64,000 nucleotides of DNA from Candidatus Latescibacterota bacterium (GTDB lineage: Bacteria > Latescibacterota > CBDEFO01), in the NCBI GenBank assembly GCA_965237525.1, contig CBDEFO010000008.1, forward strand, positions 800,001 through 864,000. Reading direction: 5' to 3'. Below the pieces are notes generated by a model that was given only the letters and a program-made list of their open reading frames with translations, had not been told where the DNA came from and made no database searches. How positions within the stretch are numbered: position 1 is the first letter of the stretch; the number at the start of each line of letters is the position of its first letter. The translations under genes and the position numbers were made by a program. This document shows positions 42,494-51,823 of the stretch, one piece after another.

Positions 42494-42983
42494 ATAGTAG
42501 ATAGTAGACCGTAGACAGGGGCCACCTCTCCTCCCTGTATGCTGTCCACTTAGCCCGGCATTCAGTCTCTGTATGCTTCCTTTCAGATTCCAAGAGATTG
42601 AATTACAATGATGCGGATATTCAAAGCGGATCCTGTGTGCTTTTTACTCTTCTTATCCCGCTCAGACTCCGGCGTCTGGCAGTCGGAATTTAATAGTCGG
42701 TTTATACAGACTGTATAGACTCAAGTGCGCTGAGATTGTGCCAGCCGATAGAATATGAAAACTAAAGGATTTCGACTCCGTAACGGTGAGGGGCTCAGAA
42801 GGTCTATAGAGAAAAAAGAGTCTGCCCTCGGAAGTTTATACAGACTGTGTAATCATAGATAAGTCAGATGATGGCGCGCGAGTCTGATCCAAGCTGCGAC
42901 TTCTGCTATCGGGGCCGTTATATAGCACCAGCCATAGGCCGTGATATTAAGCTGATCTAGTGAGTTTTTAAGGAAGATGAAAG

Positions 42984-43970
42984 ATGCACATTCAAGGATT
43001 TGATATATCCGAACTTCCTCCTTCAGAAAAGACAACCGGCTGGCTGGAGGTCGCCCCTCGGGCAGACGGCAGCGCCTGGCGATTGCCCTTGCTCTATGTG
43101 ACCGGCGTCACAAGCGGCCCGATACTCGTCGTCACTGCCGCTGTACATGGGAATGAATATGAGGGGGTTGAAGCGATACCCCGCATCTTTGAACAGGTGC
43201 GGCCAGACTTTTTGCACGGCACCCTGGTGATGATCGCCGTCTGCAACATGCCCGCCTACGAAGCCGGCATTCGCAACAGCCCCATCGACGGCCTCAATCT
43301 GGCTCGTGTCTTTCCCGGAGATGCTGAGGGCACTATAACGCAGCGCATCGCCTACTGGATGGCTCACAAACTCATCAAACCGTCCGACTTCTTTATCGAT
43401 CTTCACAGCGGGGGCGTTGAGTCCAACATACCCACCCTGATCGGCTATCTGCACAGCGACGATGCCTTGGGGCAAAAATCGCAAGCTGCGGCCAAGGCCT
43501 TTGGCGCTCCCGTATTGTGGGGACACCCACCGCCTCTACCACCGGGGCGCAGCATCAGCGCCGCCACTGAGTTTGGCGTTCCCTGGCTTTATACCGAAAC
43601 TCCCGGTGGGGGTCGGGCCACGCCGGATGACGTGGCTTGTTATATCGAGGGGGTCCTCAACGTCATGAAGCATTTGGGTATGGTGCCGGGTGAGCCGCAG
43701 CCCCGACCAATGATCCATCACCTGGTAGGGGACGGCAATCTGGATGTGGTTATCTCTGCCCCGGCGGCGGGTTTCTTCCAGCCTGACGTCGCCCTTCTGG
43801 ATGAGGTCCGGGTCGGTCAACGCCTGGGAACTGTTCAAGATTTCTTCGGCCAGGTGACTGCTGAGGTCACTGCCGACCGAGATGGGGTGGTGATATTTCT
43901 ACGCCGGCTGCCTCGAATTAATGTTGGCGATAGGTTGGTACAGGTGACGGGACAACACGTAAAAAGGTGA
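42984..43970 (+). CDS. Succinylglutamate desuccinylase/aspartoacylase (M14-like deacylase)
   Basis: HGNEYEG, NLARVFPG, IDLHSGG, C-terminal biotinyl-like domain. Confidence 0.9.
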   Translation: MHIQGFDISELPPSEKTTGWLEVAPRADGSAWRLPLLYVTGVTSGPILVVTAAVHGNEYEGVEAIPRIFEQVRPDFLHGTLVMIAVCNMPAYEAGIRNSPIDGLNLARVFPGDAEGTITQRIAYWMAHKLIKPSDFFIDLHSGGVESNIPTLIGYLHSDDALGQKSQAAAKAFGAPVLWGHPPPLPPGRSISAATEFGVPWLYTETPGGGRATPDDVACYIEGVLNVMKHLGMVPGEPQPRPMIHHLVGDGNLDVVISAPAAGFFQPDVALLDEVRVGQRLGTVQDFFGQVTAEVTADRDGVVIFLRRLPRINVGDRLVQVTGQHVKR

Positions 43971-44260
43971 GCCGTATTCTGTCCTGATAGGAATTTTGAT
44001 ATCACGGTTCCAGCGCGCACAAGCGTGATTTTGCTTAATGCCGATAACGTGGTTGCTTGGTTGATCCCCGGATTTGACGACACGATCTTCGACATGGCCC
44101 ACGAAGCAAGGAAGTTTGGAGGCAAGCGCCAAGACGACCAGCAAGATGGCCAACAGGACATCTAGATCTAGTGGTTTGGCGTCATCAGCCTTTTGCTTGA
44201 AACAGCCTCCGCAATCAATCAGTACATAAACAGACGTAAGCCCATTTCCAAGGCCACGTC

Positions 44261-44414
44261 GCATAACCACGTGCTGCACCTGAGCTGCCCCTGAGCATAC
44301 CCGTGAGCTACCGTGGAGTACCGCCGCGCGATCAGAACCTTTGTGGTCGTCTGTAATACTTCGTGTAAGCAAGCCCCGAGGTGGGGAAGGCGGAGGAGCA
44401 CCGATCCGTTAGGC
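44261..44414 (+). other. Degenerate attC-like site
   Basis: GCATAAC-5-GCTGCACC ... GAGC-8-GTTAGGC just before the RBS of the next gene. Confidence 0.35.
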
Positions 44415-44435
44415 TGCGTGAGAGAGGAGTCTGAT

Positions 44436-45575
44436 ATGTCCCAGTTGCGCATTACCGATAGTGGTATTCTCTACATTAATCCGGATCCGGCGCACTACCA
44501 CGTTTCGGCTTTCTTCCCGAACGTGGTGCAGCTCTCCGAGTCAGAATTCATCTGTGTCTACCAGCGGGGGGACGGGATGTACGCGGCCAATAGCAACGTC
44601 GCTCTCCTGCGCTCTCTCGACGGCGGGGTATCGTGGACGGACGAAGGGTATCTTCACGACAAGTCACAGGACGATAGGCCCTACTCGTACCATGGCACGC
44701 ATGTGTCCCGCATGTGCGACGGCTCACTCGTCGTCTGTCCGTTTCGGGTTGACCGCTCGAATCCGGATCAGCCATTCTTCAGTGACATGGGTGGATTGAT
44801 CGCGAACGACCCGGTTCTGTTGATCTCGCGAGATGACGGCCGTACGTGGACGGGACCGTCTGTCCTGTCGCTTCCTCCAGATCTAATCGCCACCCCGTCG
44901 CAGTCGGTCATTGAACTCAGTAATGGCAGTTGGCTTGCTACCTTTGACAGATGGCCTGCGTTCGGCGATTCCGGCCCGTATAAGCCGCGGATGCTCTGCT
45001 TGTTCTCCTATGACCGAGGGCAGAGCTGGAAAGACATGGTGGTGATGGCAGACGGCGCTGAGGAAGGGAAAGGGTTTTGGCACGGACGGGCTGTCCGGCT
45101 GGCCAACGGCCGCCTGTTCTCGCTCTTGTGGTCGGCCGACATGACCGACCCGGATCGGGGCCCAATCGACCTACCGATCCACTATATCTTCGCGGATCCG
45201 ACCGGTCACGTATGGCAAACTCCCCAACCGACAGCACTGCCGGGCCAGACGAATTGCACAGCGGAACTGCCGGACGGAGGATTGGCGGCGATCTATACGT
45301 GGCGTGAGAGCGACCGTCCCGGTTTCATGGTCGTACTCTCCAAGGATGGTGGCCAGACCTGGGATCTGGAGCATCAGATTCGGGTATGGGACGCCACAGG
45401 GTGGACGCATATCGGCCTGAGCAGTCCGGATCGCTATCCCCGTAGTCACGACACCATCGCCTTTGGAGCGCCGTCGCTGATCACAACGATAAGCGGGGAA
45501 CTGTTTGCCAGTTGGTGGTGCACCTACGCCAGCCTGACGCACATGCGGTGGGCGAAGATAAGTGCCCAAGCGTGA
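44436..45575 (+). CDS. Sialidase-like / BNR-repeat beta-propeller protein
   Basis: Asp boxes SLDGGVSW, SRDDGRTW, SYDRGQSW, SKDGGQTW; start at 44436 after GAGGAG. Confidence 0.85.
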   Translation: MSQLRITDSGILYINPDPAHYHVSAFFPNVVQLSESEFICVYQRGDGMYAANSNVALLRSLDGGVSWTDEGYLHDKSQDDRPYSYHGTHVSRMCDGSLVVCPFRVDRSNPDQPFFSDMGGLIANDPVLLISRDDGRTWTGPSVLSLPPDLIATPSQSVIELSNGSWLATFDRWPAFGDSGPYKPRMLCLFSYDRGQSWKDMVVMADGAEEGKGFWHGRAVRLANGRLFSLLWSADMTDPDRGPIDLPIHYIFADPTGHVWQTPQPTALPGQTNCTAELPDGGLAAIYTWRESDRPGFMVVLSKDGGQTWDLEHQIRVWDATGWTHIGLSSPDRYPRSHDTIAFGAPSLITTISGELFASWWCTYASLTHMRWAKISAQA

Positions 45576-45591
45576 GGGGAAAGAAGGCACT

Positions 45592-45825
45592 GTCCAACAA
45601 TGTGCTGCACCAGAAGGTCCGTTCGCGCCGTCTGATGAGCGAGGGGGCAGACAGGTAGAGGCGAGTCCTCGATTGAGCCCCCTGGCAAATCTCGTTTTTG
45701 AGTATACACAGTGTAGGGGCGAGGTCCACTCGCCCGCTAGTCCGCGATTGAATCTATCGCGGACAGACAGGTAAGAGGCGAGATTGCGTCCCCGATTGAC
45801 TTTATGGGGGATTGCTTCGGGGTGA
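45592..45825. repeat. Truncated attC-like arm followed by a cluster of REP-like hairpins
   Basis: GTCCAAC-5-GCTGCACCAGA..TCTGATGAGC; gtaggggcgaggtccactcgccc; tccgcgattgaatctatcgcgga; tccccgattgactttatgggg inside gagattgc..gattgcttcg. Confidence 0.6.
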
Positions 45826-45859
45826 AGCCCCTCTTGGTCAAGAGGGAAGAACCACCTTG

Positions 45860-46330
45860 CTCGGAGCTGCTGCTCTGTGTAGCCCCTGTCCTTGAGGTAG
45901 TCTAAGTCTACATTGCCCTCTTCACTCCACAATCGTTTTACAAAGAAACCAAGAGCAGTCTCCAAGATATTAGCCTTCTCCCGGGCCTCCTGGGCTTTCT
46001 CCTCTGAGTAACCATCTAACGTGGGGAGTGTGTAGTTGGCTAAGCGGGCAAGCTCCTTGAGTGTCTCCTGATTCGTCAATCCCTTCATGTTCTGAACATA
46101 ATTCCAAAGAGTTCTAGTCTCTCCTGTCTTCTGATTCTTAAAACAAAAGGGTGTGTTGTCATAGTGATAGAGGTGCCCTCTCGCTTGGTCTCCGTTTATG
46201 TCTCCAGTTGTGGCCTCCCAGCCTTTCCTTTTCTATTAAACCCAAACTCAGGGAAAACCATATCAGCTTGGGCGTGTATGCGGGGACATATTTCGTCCAG
46301 AATATCTTTGCCATCTTTAGTTTCAGCCAT
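45860..46330 (-). pseudogene. N-terminal fragment of a mobile-element (DnaG-like) primase
   Basis: VFPEFGF.RKG(fs)...TLWNYVQ..KGL...ETLKELARLA...LDYLKDRGY, truncated at the REP cluster. Confidence 0.5.
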
Positions 46331-46376
46331 AGCGAAAATATCCTTTGCTTTACTTATCTACCTAAAGACCAACGTT

Positions 46377-46646
46377 TCAGGGCTGTTTAGACAGATTCAA
46401 CAACACTGACACATTATCGCTGTTCTGATTAGCCACAGCAAGGTCATTATCACCGTCACCGTCTAAATCTGCAATGAAGACTGAATTGGGACTATCCCCA
46501 GTGGTGTAGTCAGTCTTAGGGCCGAAAAGGGCACCAGCATGCATTCCACTGTCTCCAGTTGCGTTGTCTCCACCACAGCCTGCCATTAGCAAGAGCAATG
46601 TGTAGCTCAACAGAGCTGTGAAATGAAAGGTCAATCGTGTTTTCAA
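46377..46646 (-). CDS. Short lipoprotein with a single FG-GAP repeat (possibly internally deleted)
   Basis: MAGC lipobox; DLDGDGDNDLAVAN similar to repeats in 11072-12280. Confidence 0.6.
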   Translation of the reverse strand: MKTRLTFHFTALLSYTLLLLMAGCGGDNATGDSGMHAGALFGPKTDYTTGDSPNSVFIADLDGDGDNDLAVANQNSDNVSVLLNLSKQP

Positions 46647-46793
46647 GGTAGCATTCCTGCCTTTTGATGTTGTTAGGTGTGGATCAATTATTTGTTTCCG
46701 ATAATTGCCATTTTTTTCCTGGGCTCATCTTTATACAGTACATCACGATTTAATGTATAGACACCCAAGTCCTCTGGACTCTGGCCTTCCCTG

Positions 46794-46867
46794 GGCTAAC
46801 GTGCCTCGGCTACACGAACCCAAAGGGTTAGGCAGAACGAAGTGGATCCGTGTGACCGATGTTATGA
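46794..46867 (-). other. attC-like integron recombination site
   Basis: Minus strand TCATAAC-atcggtcacacggatcc-loop-ggttcgtgtagccga-ggcac-GTTAGCC; 74-bp imperfect palindrome. Confidence 0.6.
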
Positions 46868-46948
46868 GAAGTGTCTTCCAGTAAGTTTCCACTGAATACA
46901 AAACCAGAGGCTATTAATTTTCTACTCTACTTTGATAGATATAGATAC

Positions 46949-47422
46949 TCATCGTGCTAGTCGACTCTTAATAGCACCCCATGTAATTAGCTCAACCACC
47001 GTACCCAACTCAGAGAGATCCCTAGCTGCGTCTGTCAAAAGTTTGGTTCTGCTACAAAGGCCTACTCCGATGATTCCTAATCTTGTATCTTTATTATTAT
47101 AATTGGCATAGACTAGATAATCTTTATTCATCTGGAAATTATATCCACAAGCTGCTTCATTAGATGCTGTATAAACTGTAATTTCTTGCCCTTCAACCCC
47201 TTTCCATGCCTCTATCACATCGAACTTGACTAGATGTACGGTACCCCATATTTCATCCTCTTCAATTATAATTTCAATTACACTACCTGAGAAAACAGCA
47301 CCGCGCCTTTCAAGTTCTTCGAGTGCACTACCCGACATTTCACAACTACAACCAAGACTTGCCCTCGGCGAACACAAGCATACCGCAGCAAGCGCCATTA
47401 TATAAAAGAAAGTATTCCTCAT
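46949..47422 (-). CDS. Secreted TIMP/NTR-like protein with TWGAIK tail
   Basis: Signal peptide then CSC; AVFSG.V; WKG; AACGYNF; YLVYA; CSRT; ELITWGAIKSR. Confidence 0.75.
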   Translation of the reverse strand: MRNTFFYIMALAAVCLCSPRASLGCSCEMSGSALEELERRGAVFSGSVIEIIIEEDEIWGTVHLVKFDVIEAWKGVEGQEITVYTASNEAACGYNFQMNKDYLVYANYNNKDTRLGIIGVGLCSRTKLLTDAARDLSELGTVVELITWGAIKSRLAR

Positions 47423-47650
47423 AACCAATTTCCTCTTTAACCGAATGTTAAAATGACCCTGCTAGGCTCTCAGGCTAATATGAGTAACTGCTTTAAAAGC
47501 GTCCAGGGCTTCACGCTGACTCCCTCCATCTCCTCCCATTCTCCTTGCGCTTCTTTTGAACTTTATTGAAAAGCCTCTTTGAGACTATGGGTTCCTGTTG
47601 TAGCCGTAGCTAAGGTTCCCCCCGGCGTAGCCCCCACCTTTTGCCTTCTG

Positions 47651-47761
47651 TTATTGCGAGCGAAGCGAAGCAATCTCGTAGTCGGCAGCCCCGATTGAAT
47701 CTATCGCAGGATAGACCCCCGATAGAATCATTCGGGGGCAGGCCCCCAACTCAAAGGGGGG
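47651..47761. repeat. REP-like cluster
   Basis: ttattgcgagcgaagcgaagcaatctc; ccccgattgaatctatcgcagg; cccccgatagaatcattcgggggcaggc. Confidence 0.7.
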
Positions 47762-47929
47762 CATATTTGGATCTCTTAAAGTAGCTCAAGAGACTGCTTT
47801 TGGACAGGAGGTACTGCTTCCCCGGCGTGTAGGCTGTGACGAATCCAAAGTGTATTAGATGACGTGCCTTTTGGAGCATCTTAGGAACCTGGCTGCCTCC
47901 TTGACTGTAAGCATGTCGTGGATATTCAT
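47762..47929 (-). pseudogene. Excisionase-like HTH DNA-binding protein (degraded)
   Basis: AGGAGG RBS; MNIHDMLTVKEAARFLRCSKRHV then stop/frameshift. Confidence 0.65.
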
Positions 47930-47977
47930 CTTTTCCTCCTTTTTAGGCTGTTACATACCTGCTGCTTTTCATATAGG

Positions 47978-48085
47978 CTGCATACCCTGCATACCCTGCA
48001 TACGTGTTAGTAACATTTGTACAGAAAAGTTTTCCCCCAGACACAAGAGTACACAAGGTATGCAGGGTATGCAGGGTCTACAGGG
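47978..48085. repeat. Inverted 9-bp iteron arrays (candidate origin)
   Basis: (ctgcatacc)x3 ... 54-bp spacer ... gtatgcagg-gtatgcagg-gtctacagg at the primase stop. Confidence 0.7.
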
Positions 48086-48592
48086 TTTGGACACCTTCTT
48101 CCCTTAAACCGGCTCCCAGGTAGTAAAAGCCATCCTCTTTCTTGACTTTCACCAACCTCTCTCCCATCCACTCTCCAAAGACGTTCTTGGTCTTTGCCCT
48201 GAGCCGATTTTGATCGCACCATTCCACGTGTTTTCTGTACGCCTCTCCTGCTTTCACACTCGCTTCAGGGTCAATGTAAAAACATTCCTCAAAAGACTCC
48301 TGGATAACGTCCTCATCTTTTCTATAAGATTCTGTAGCCATCTTCACAGTCTCAGGCGGCAGAAGGCCGTGCTGCTGGGAGTCGAGGCAGCCCTGGACGA
48401 GGCACGAGAGTATCGCCGATCTCTCTACTTTCAAATTATCAGCTAGGTTGCGGTCTTTTTCCTTTCGTGATCTCTTGTCGGCTCGTCCACAAACGATAGA
48501 TTGAAGGGTATCAGTCTGATCCGCTCCCAGAGAGCGTAGGCGTTTGCCCTGGGGTTGTGGTTGGTCTGGAGGAAGAGCGTAAACGTAGGCCG
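48078..48592 (-). pseudogene. C-terminal part of a P4/D5-family phage/plasmid primase-helicase
   Basis: PTFTLFLQTNH.P...ALWERIRLIPF...ILSCLVQGCLD.Q..GL.PP..V..AT..YR..ED. Confidence 0.8.
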
Positions 48593-48625
48593 AGCATCAC
48601 GAGTTCAGGTAGTCGTACTCGGTCC

Positions 48626-49621
48626 TCAGCCCGCCAGCAGATCACGGATGGCAGTGACGATGTTTTCTACCTGGGGCACGACGGACGCTTCTAACGGGGG
48701 GCTGTAAGGGGTCGGGGTATGGAGCCCGTTCAGGCGGCGGATAGGCGCGTCCAGATCGTCAAAGCCCCGGTCGATGACCTGTGCTGCGATCTCGGAGCCG
48801 ATACCACAGGGCGCGAAGGTCTCATCTACAATCAAGAGCCGCCCGGTTTTGTGCACCGACGCCAGAATCGTGTCCATGTCGAGCGGCGCCAAGGTGCGCG
48901 GGTCAACCACTTCAATGGAGACCCCCTCCTGTGCCAGTTGATCGCACGCCGCAAGCGTTTTGTCGACCATGGAGCCAATGGCCACGACGGTGCTGTCGGT
49001 GCCTTCAAGGGAGATCCGTGCCTGCCCGAACGGGATGGTGTAGTCCTCTTCGGGCACCTGTCCCTTGTTAAAGATAAGCGATCTATGCTCCAAAAAGAGC
49101 ACGGGATTGCCACCTCGGAGGGCGGTGGTGAAGAGGCCCTTGGCGTCGTAAGCGTTGGATGGTACCACCACGCGAAAGCCGGGAAGATGTACAAATATGG
49201 GATAGTAACTGCCGGAATGGTGGGTGGCGGCCGAATTGCCGATGCCGATGCAGCCGCGCAGCAGAATGGGCATCTTCAGACGGCCGCTGCTCATATATTG
49301 GACCTTAGCGATCTGGTTGACCAGCTCCCCGGCGGCGTCCAGGATAAAGTCCAGAAATAGAAGATCCACTACCGGTCTGGTACCCGTCATGGCGGCGCCC
49401 GTGCACAGGCCGACAAAGCCTCGTTCACAGATGGGGGTATCGCGCAGTCGCTGGGGGCCAAAGCGCTCGTACAGGCCGGTCGTGGTGTTGAAGTTGCCGC
49501 CCCTCGCGCCGATGCCTTCACCCACTACAAAGATGGTGGGATCTCGCTCCATCTCGGCCGCCAGAGCCTCTCGGGTGGCCTCCATAAATGTTATCTCTCG
49601 GGTAGCTTGCTCTTGACCCAT
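48626..49621 (-). CDS. Dehydrogenase E1 beta subunit
   Basis: DTPICERGF; NPVLFLEH; DPRTLAPLD. Confidence 0.93.
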   Translation of the reverse strand: MGQEQATREITFMEATREALAAEMERDPTIFVVGEGIGARGGNFNTTTGLYERFGPQRLRDTPICERGFVGLCTGAAMTGTRPVVDLLFLDFILDAAGELVNQIAKVQYMSSGRLKMPILLRGCIGIGNSAATHHSGSYYPIFVHLPGFRVVVPSNAYDAKGLFTTALRGGNPVLFLEHRSLIFNKGQVPEEDYTIPFGQARISLEGTDSTVVAIGSMVDKTLAACDQLAQEGVSIEVVDPRTLAPLDMDTILASVHKTGRLLIVDETFAPCGIGSEIAAQVIDRGFDDLDAPIRRLNGLHTPTPYSPPLEASVVPQVENIVTAIRDLLAG

Positions 49622-49665
49622 CGCCTCATTTCAACCGGTGACTACGTCCTGTCTGATGCACACTC

Positions 49666-50649
49666 TTACGTGCTAAAGATAAAATCGGTGGCCGTGGCCG
49701 GATCGGGCCACGGGCTCTCCACGGCAAACGCTATGGCGTCTTCGATCAAGGCCGTCATCTCCGCTTCGATGGCGGTGAAATCCTGTTCCTCTGCTCTACT
49801 CTCGGCCAGCAGCTTCTGCTTATGGGTGATAATGGGGTCGCGGGACTTCCAGGCCTCGACCTCCTCTTGCGTGCGGTAACCGGAATCGGTCATTCCTTCG
49901 CCATGAGGACGGGTGCGGTAAGTCTTGCATTCCAGAAGCGTAGGGCCGCCGCCAGTACGGGCCCGCTCGACCGCTTCGCCGGCGGCCTCATATACAGCCA
50001 GTACGTCGTTACCATCTACGATGACGCCAGGTAGCCCGTAGGCCGAGCCGCGATTGCCCACGTCGGGGTTCCCGGACGCATAGGCAAAGGGGACTTCGGT
50101 GGCATACAGGTTGTTCTCGCATACAAAGAGCACCGGCAGCTGCCAGATAGTTGCCATGTTAATTCCTTCGTGGAATGCGCCGTTGTTGACAGCGCCATCG
50201 CCAAAGAAGGCCACTCCGATGTGATCTTTCTGAAGCAGGCTGAAGGAATAACCGGCGCCCACAGCTTGCAGAATGCAGGGGCCCACAATGCCGCTGGTAC
50301 CCATAAAGCCGACTTCAGGAGAAAAGAGGTGCATGCTGCCGCCTCGCCCCTGAGAACAGCCGGTCGCTCGCCCCAACAGCTCCGCCGCCACTTCCCGGGG
50401 GGGGACGCCCTTGGCCAGGGCATGACCGTGGCCCCGGTGGGTGCTGAAGACCGCATCCTCCTTACGCAGATGGGCGCAGACACCCACAGCGATCGCTTCC
50501 TCACCAACGTAGGTATGGCAGAAGCCGGGGATGAGGCCGCTGCCATAGGCCCGAGCAAACTCTTCTTCGCAGTACCGGATATTAAGCATCTCGCGATAGA
50601 GCGTCAGCAATTGGTCTTTGCTCAGATTCGGGAAGGACTGATCGGTCAT
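49666..50649 (-). CDS. Dehydrogenase E1 alpha subunit
   Basis: STHRGHGH; GRGGSMH; FGDGA...ENNLY. Confidence 0.93.
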   Translation of the reverse strand: MTDQSFPNLSKDQLLTLYREMLNIRYCEEEFARAYGSGLIPGFCHTYVGEEAIAVGVCAHLRKEDAVFSTHRGHGHALAKGVPPREVAAELLGRATGCSQGRGGSMHLFSPEVGFMGTSGIVGPCILQAVGAGYSFSLLQKDHIGVAFFGDGAVNNGAFHEGINMATIWQLPVLFVCENNLYATEVPFAYASGNPDVGNRGSAYGLPGVIVDGNDVLAVYEAAGEAVERARTGGGPTLLECKTYRTRPHGEGMTDSGYRTQEEVEAWKSRDPIITHKQKLLAESRAEEQDFTAIEAEMTALIEDAIAFAVESPWPDPATATDFIFST

Positions 50650-50844
50650 ATTTTCGTATCCACAAGTTCCAGTGAATGTTGAAACTCAGGTCAAGGGCTA
50701 GGACCAAATAAGTAGAAAGTAGTCAGCGCACCACCTCCCATCCCTATGTGCTGTCTACTATTTTGAATCTCTATAATTTGTCCGAACTATTTTGACCCGA
50801 TACTCAGGAAAAACCATAGGTTCTTTGCCCTCAGAGACACCATT

Positions 50845-51666
50845 TCATGTCTGTTCCTGGGGCGCGCCAGCCATCCCGGGATGGGAACCACCCGCATTTT
50901 TGGCCAGGTTTCCACCATCCAGAGGGATTAAGGCGCCCGTAATCCACGCCGAGGCATCGGAGGCCAGAAAGATGGCCAAGCCTTTGATATCATCCGGTTG
51001 CCCCAGCCGGCCAATTGGTATGCCTCGCAGATAGGTCAACTCCAGCATGGGATCGGCGTCTATCCGTTCCTGCAACCCCTGATTGAGTACCTGGGCGCAG
51101 ACAATGGCGTTGGTGCGTACACCTTTGGCGCTCCACTCGGTGCTCAGCTCGCGCGTCATCTGCGCTATCCCAGCCATTGCGATGCTGTACCCCAGGTGAC
51201 CGCGGCCCAACGCTGTAAGGCCGGCGATAGACACGATGTTGATGATGCTGCCCTTGCCAGCAGCCAGCATGCGCCTGCCCGCCTCCTGGCAACAGAAGAG
51301 ACGACCCACCACCAGGTTTTGCAGCGTCTCGTTTAGCTGATCCACGGTCAATTCTAAAGGCGGCTTGCGAATGCCTTCGCCAGCCACGTTGCCGAGTATG
51401 TCAATCCGCCCGAATTCCTGGTCCAGGCGGTCAAATATGGCCTCGATCTGTCGCGGATCGGCCACATCGCAGGTTACCGGGATAGCAGTCCGGTTCATCT
51501 GCTGGATATGCCGGGCGGTCTCCTCCACTCCTGCTGTATTGATGTCTGCCAGTACGAGGTCTGCCCCCGACTCGGCAAATGCCAAGGATATCGCTTTGCC
51601 CATACCGCTTGCGGCGCCGGATACCAACGCCACCCGTCCGTTTAAGTCAAATAAAGAATGGGACAT
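50845..51666 (-). CDS. SDR-family oxidoreductase
   Basis: SGAASGMG Rossmann motif; atypical YSIAM in place of YxxxK; DGG. Confidence 0.88.
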   Translation of the reverse strand: MSHSLFDLNGRVALVSGAASGMGKAISLAFAESGADLVLADINTAGVEETARHIQQMNRTAIPVTCDVADPRQIEAIFDRLDQEFGRIDILGNVAGEGIRKPPLELTVDQLNETLQNLVVGRLFCCQEAGRRMLAAGKGSIINIVSIAGLTALGRGHLGYSIAMAGIAQMTRELSTEWSAKGVRTNAIVCAQVLNQGLQERIDADPMLELTYLRGIPIGRLGQPDDIKGLAIFLASDASAWITGALIPLDGGNLAKNAGGSHPGMAGAPQEQT

Positions 51667-51823
51667 ACTATCAGTTGCTCGCTTCCTATTGATGATTCGG
51701 TCAAAGCCTGGTTGGGTTTATGCTTACCCCTCAGTCATCATGATTTACCGACGCCGATGCGTCCTCGATAACCCGCTGTCCCCAACATCCCCCCGATGGT
51801 ATTCATCGTTCCGTACAGAGTAC

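Noticed and set aside
42880..42925. attC half-site before the deacylase gene
   Set aside because: Only one arm visible
45171..46088. 305-aa ORF as a real protein
   Set aside because: Primase stub reading through REP DNA into the antisense of the sialidase gene
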